Shown here: positions 48,396 through 48,866 of the stretch, one piece after another
How positions within the stretch are numbered: the first letter of the stretch is position 1
Layout of the letters: each line of letters begins with the position of its first letter
IMG/VR virus record: IMGVR_UViG_2061766007_001531
DNA length: 48,866 nt
Strand: one strand, 5' to 3'
From: an uncultured virus (IMG/VR IMGVR_UViG_2061766007_001531)
Lineage: Duplodnaviria; Heunggongvirae; Uroviricota; Caudoviricetes
Made by a program: the position numbers and the translations under genes
Notes under the pieces: model-generated
Told to the model about the DNA's origin: nothing
What the model saw: the letters and a program-made list of their open reading frames with translations, nothing else
The model's database searches: none

Positions 48396-48420
48396 CAAAT
48401 TTTGAAAATTATGATATAAT
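48392..48420 (+). promoter_or_regulatory. sigmaA promoter
   Basis: TTGACA-17-TATAAT. Confidence 0.85.
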
Positions 48421-48444
48421 AGATATAGATAAAAGGAGAGTGAT

Positions 48445-48866
48445 ATGATGTCAAGATACCCGGGAAGTCTTCACAACCACAGTCATTTCAGCAATCAGAC
48501 TTTGCGGGACTGTATTAACACGGTTGAAAGCTTGATGGACTTAGCAGTAGAACTTGGGCATGAATGTGTCGCCTTAACAGACCATGAAACTATATCTGGT
48601 TATATTAAAGCAGAAAAGTATTATAAGAAGATTAAAGAAAAGAATCCAGATTTTAAGCTGATTCGCGGCAATGAAATTTATCTTACAAGAAATGGTTTAA
48701 CCGCGAAGAATTATGATAAAACAAAAGATAGGTATTTCCACTTTATTCTTCTCGCAAAAGATTTGGAAGGATATAAGCAAATTTGTCAGTTATCTACAAG
48801 AGCATGGCAGCGTTCGTATATGAGTCGGCGCCAGCGCAGACGTCCAACTTATTATCAGGATTTAAA
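48445..48866 (+). CDS. dnaE: DNA polymerase III alpha subunit, N-terminal PHP domain (runs off the window)
   Basis: LHNHSHFS...ALTDHE...GNEIY...HFILLAKD..GY. Confidence 0.9.
   Translation, partial: MMSRYPGSLHNHSHFSNQTLRDCINTVESLMDLAVELGHECVALTDHETISGYIKAEKYYKKIKEKNPDFKLIRGNEIYLTRNGLTAKNYDKTKDRYFHFILLAKDLEGYKQICQLSTRAWQRSYMSRRQRRRPTYYQDL

Overview
This window is a segment of a large, AT-rich lytic bacteriophage genome. The host is probably a Firmicute (Clostridia-like), judged from near-consensus sigmaA promoters and strong SD sequences, and essentially everything is on the + strand. The phage appears to use an alternative genetic code with TAG read as sense, most likely Gln (code 15). At least 8 genes are only intact if TAG is read through, including a 655-aa ORF with 18 in-frame TAGs. 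Bases 1-10.5 kb form an RNA-rich island: about 18 tRNA genes (one tRNA-Leu(UAA) split by a group I intron carrying an HNH endonuclease), a tmRNA, a ~590-nt closed large ncRNA (ROOL-like), a tRNA-mimic RNA, and two GC-rich non-coding tracts built from tandem, sequence-diverse H-type pseudoknots. Some of those pseudoknots resemble type III toxin-antitoxin antitoxin RNAs. Bases 11-34 kb hold accessory genes: a DUF2828/TROVE-like vWA protein, free-standing homing-type endonucleases, a DenV-like glycosylase, a phosphoesterase, RNase H, dNMP kinase, DNA ligase, ClpP, PIN-PhoH, three RiPP-like precursor peptides, NDT, a uracil permease, a macrodomain, a GT2 and an acetyltransferase. Bases 34-48.9 kb are a replication module: type II topoisomerase B/A, SSB-like protein, AAA ATPase, GIY-YIG, DnaB, primase, RecJ and the start of DnaE. 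Near-duplicate sequences flanking several N gaps suggest the scaffold joins two related strains. All calls come from reading the sequence; no searches or folding programs were run.
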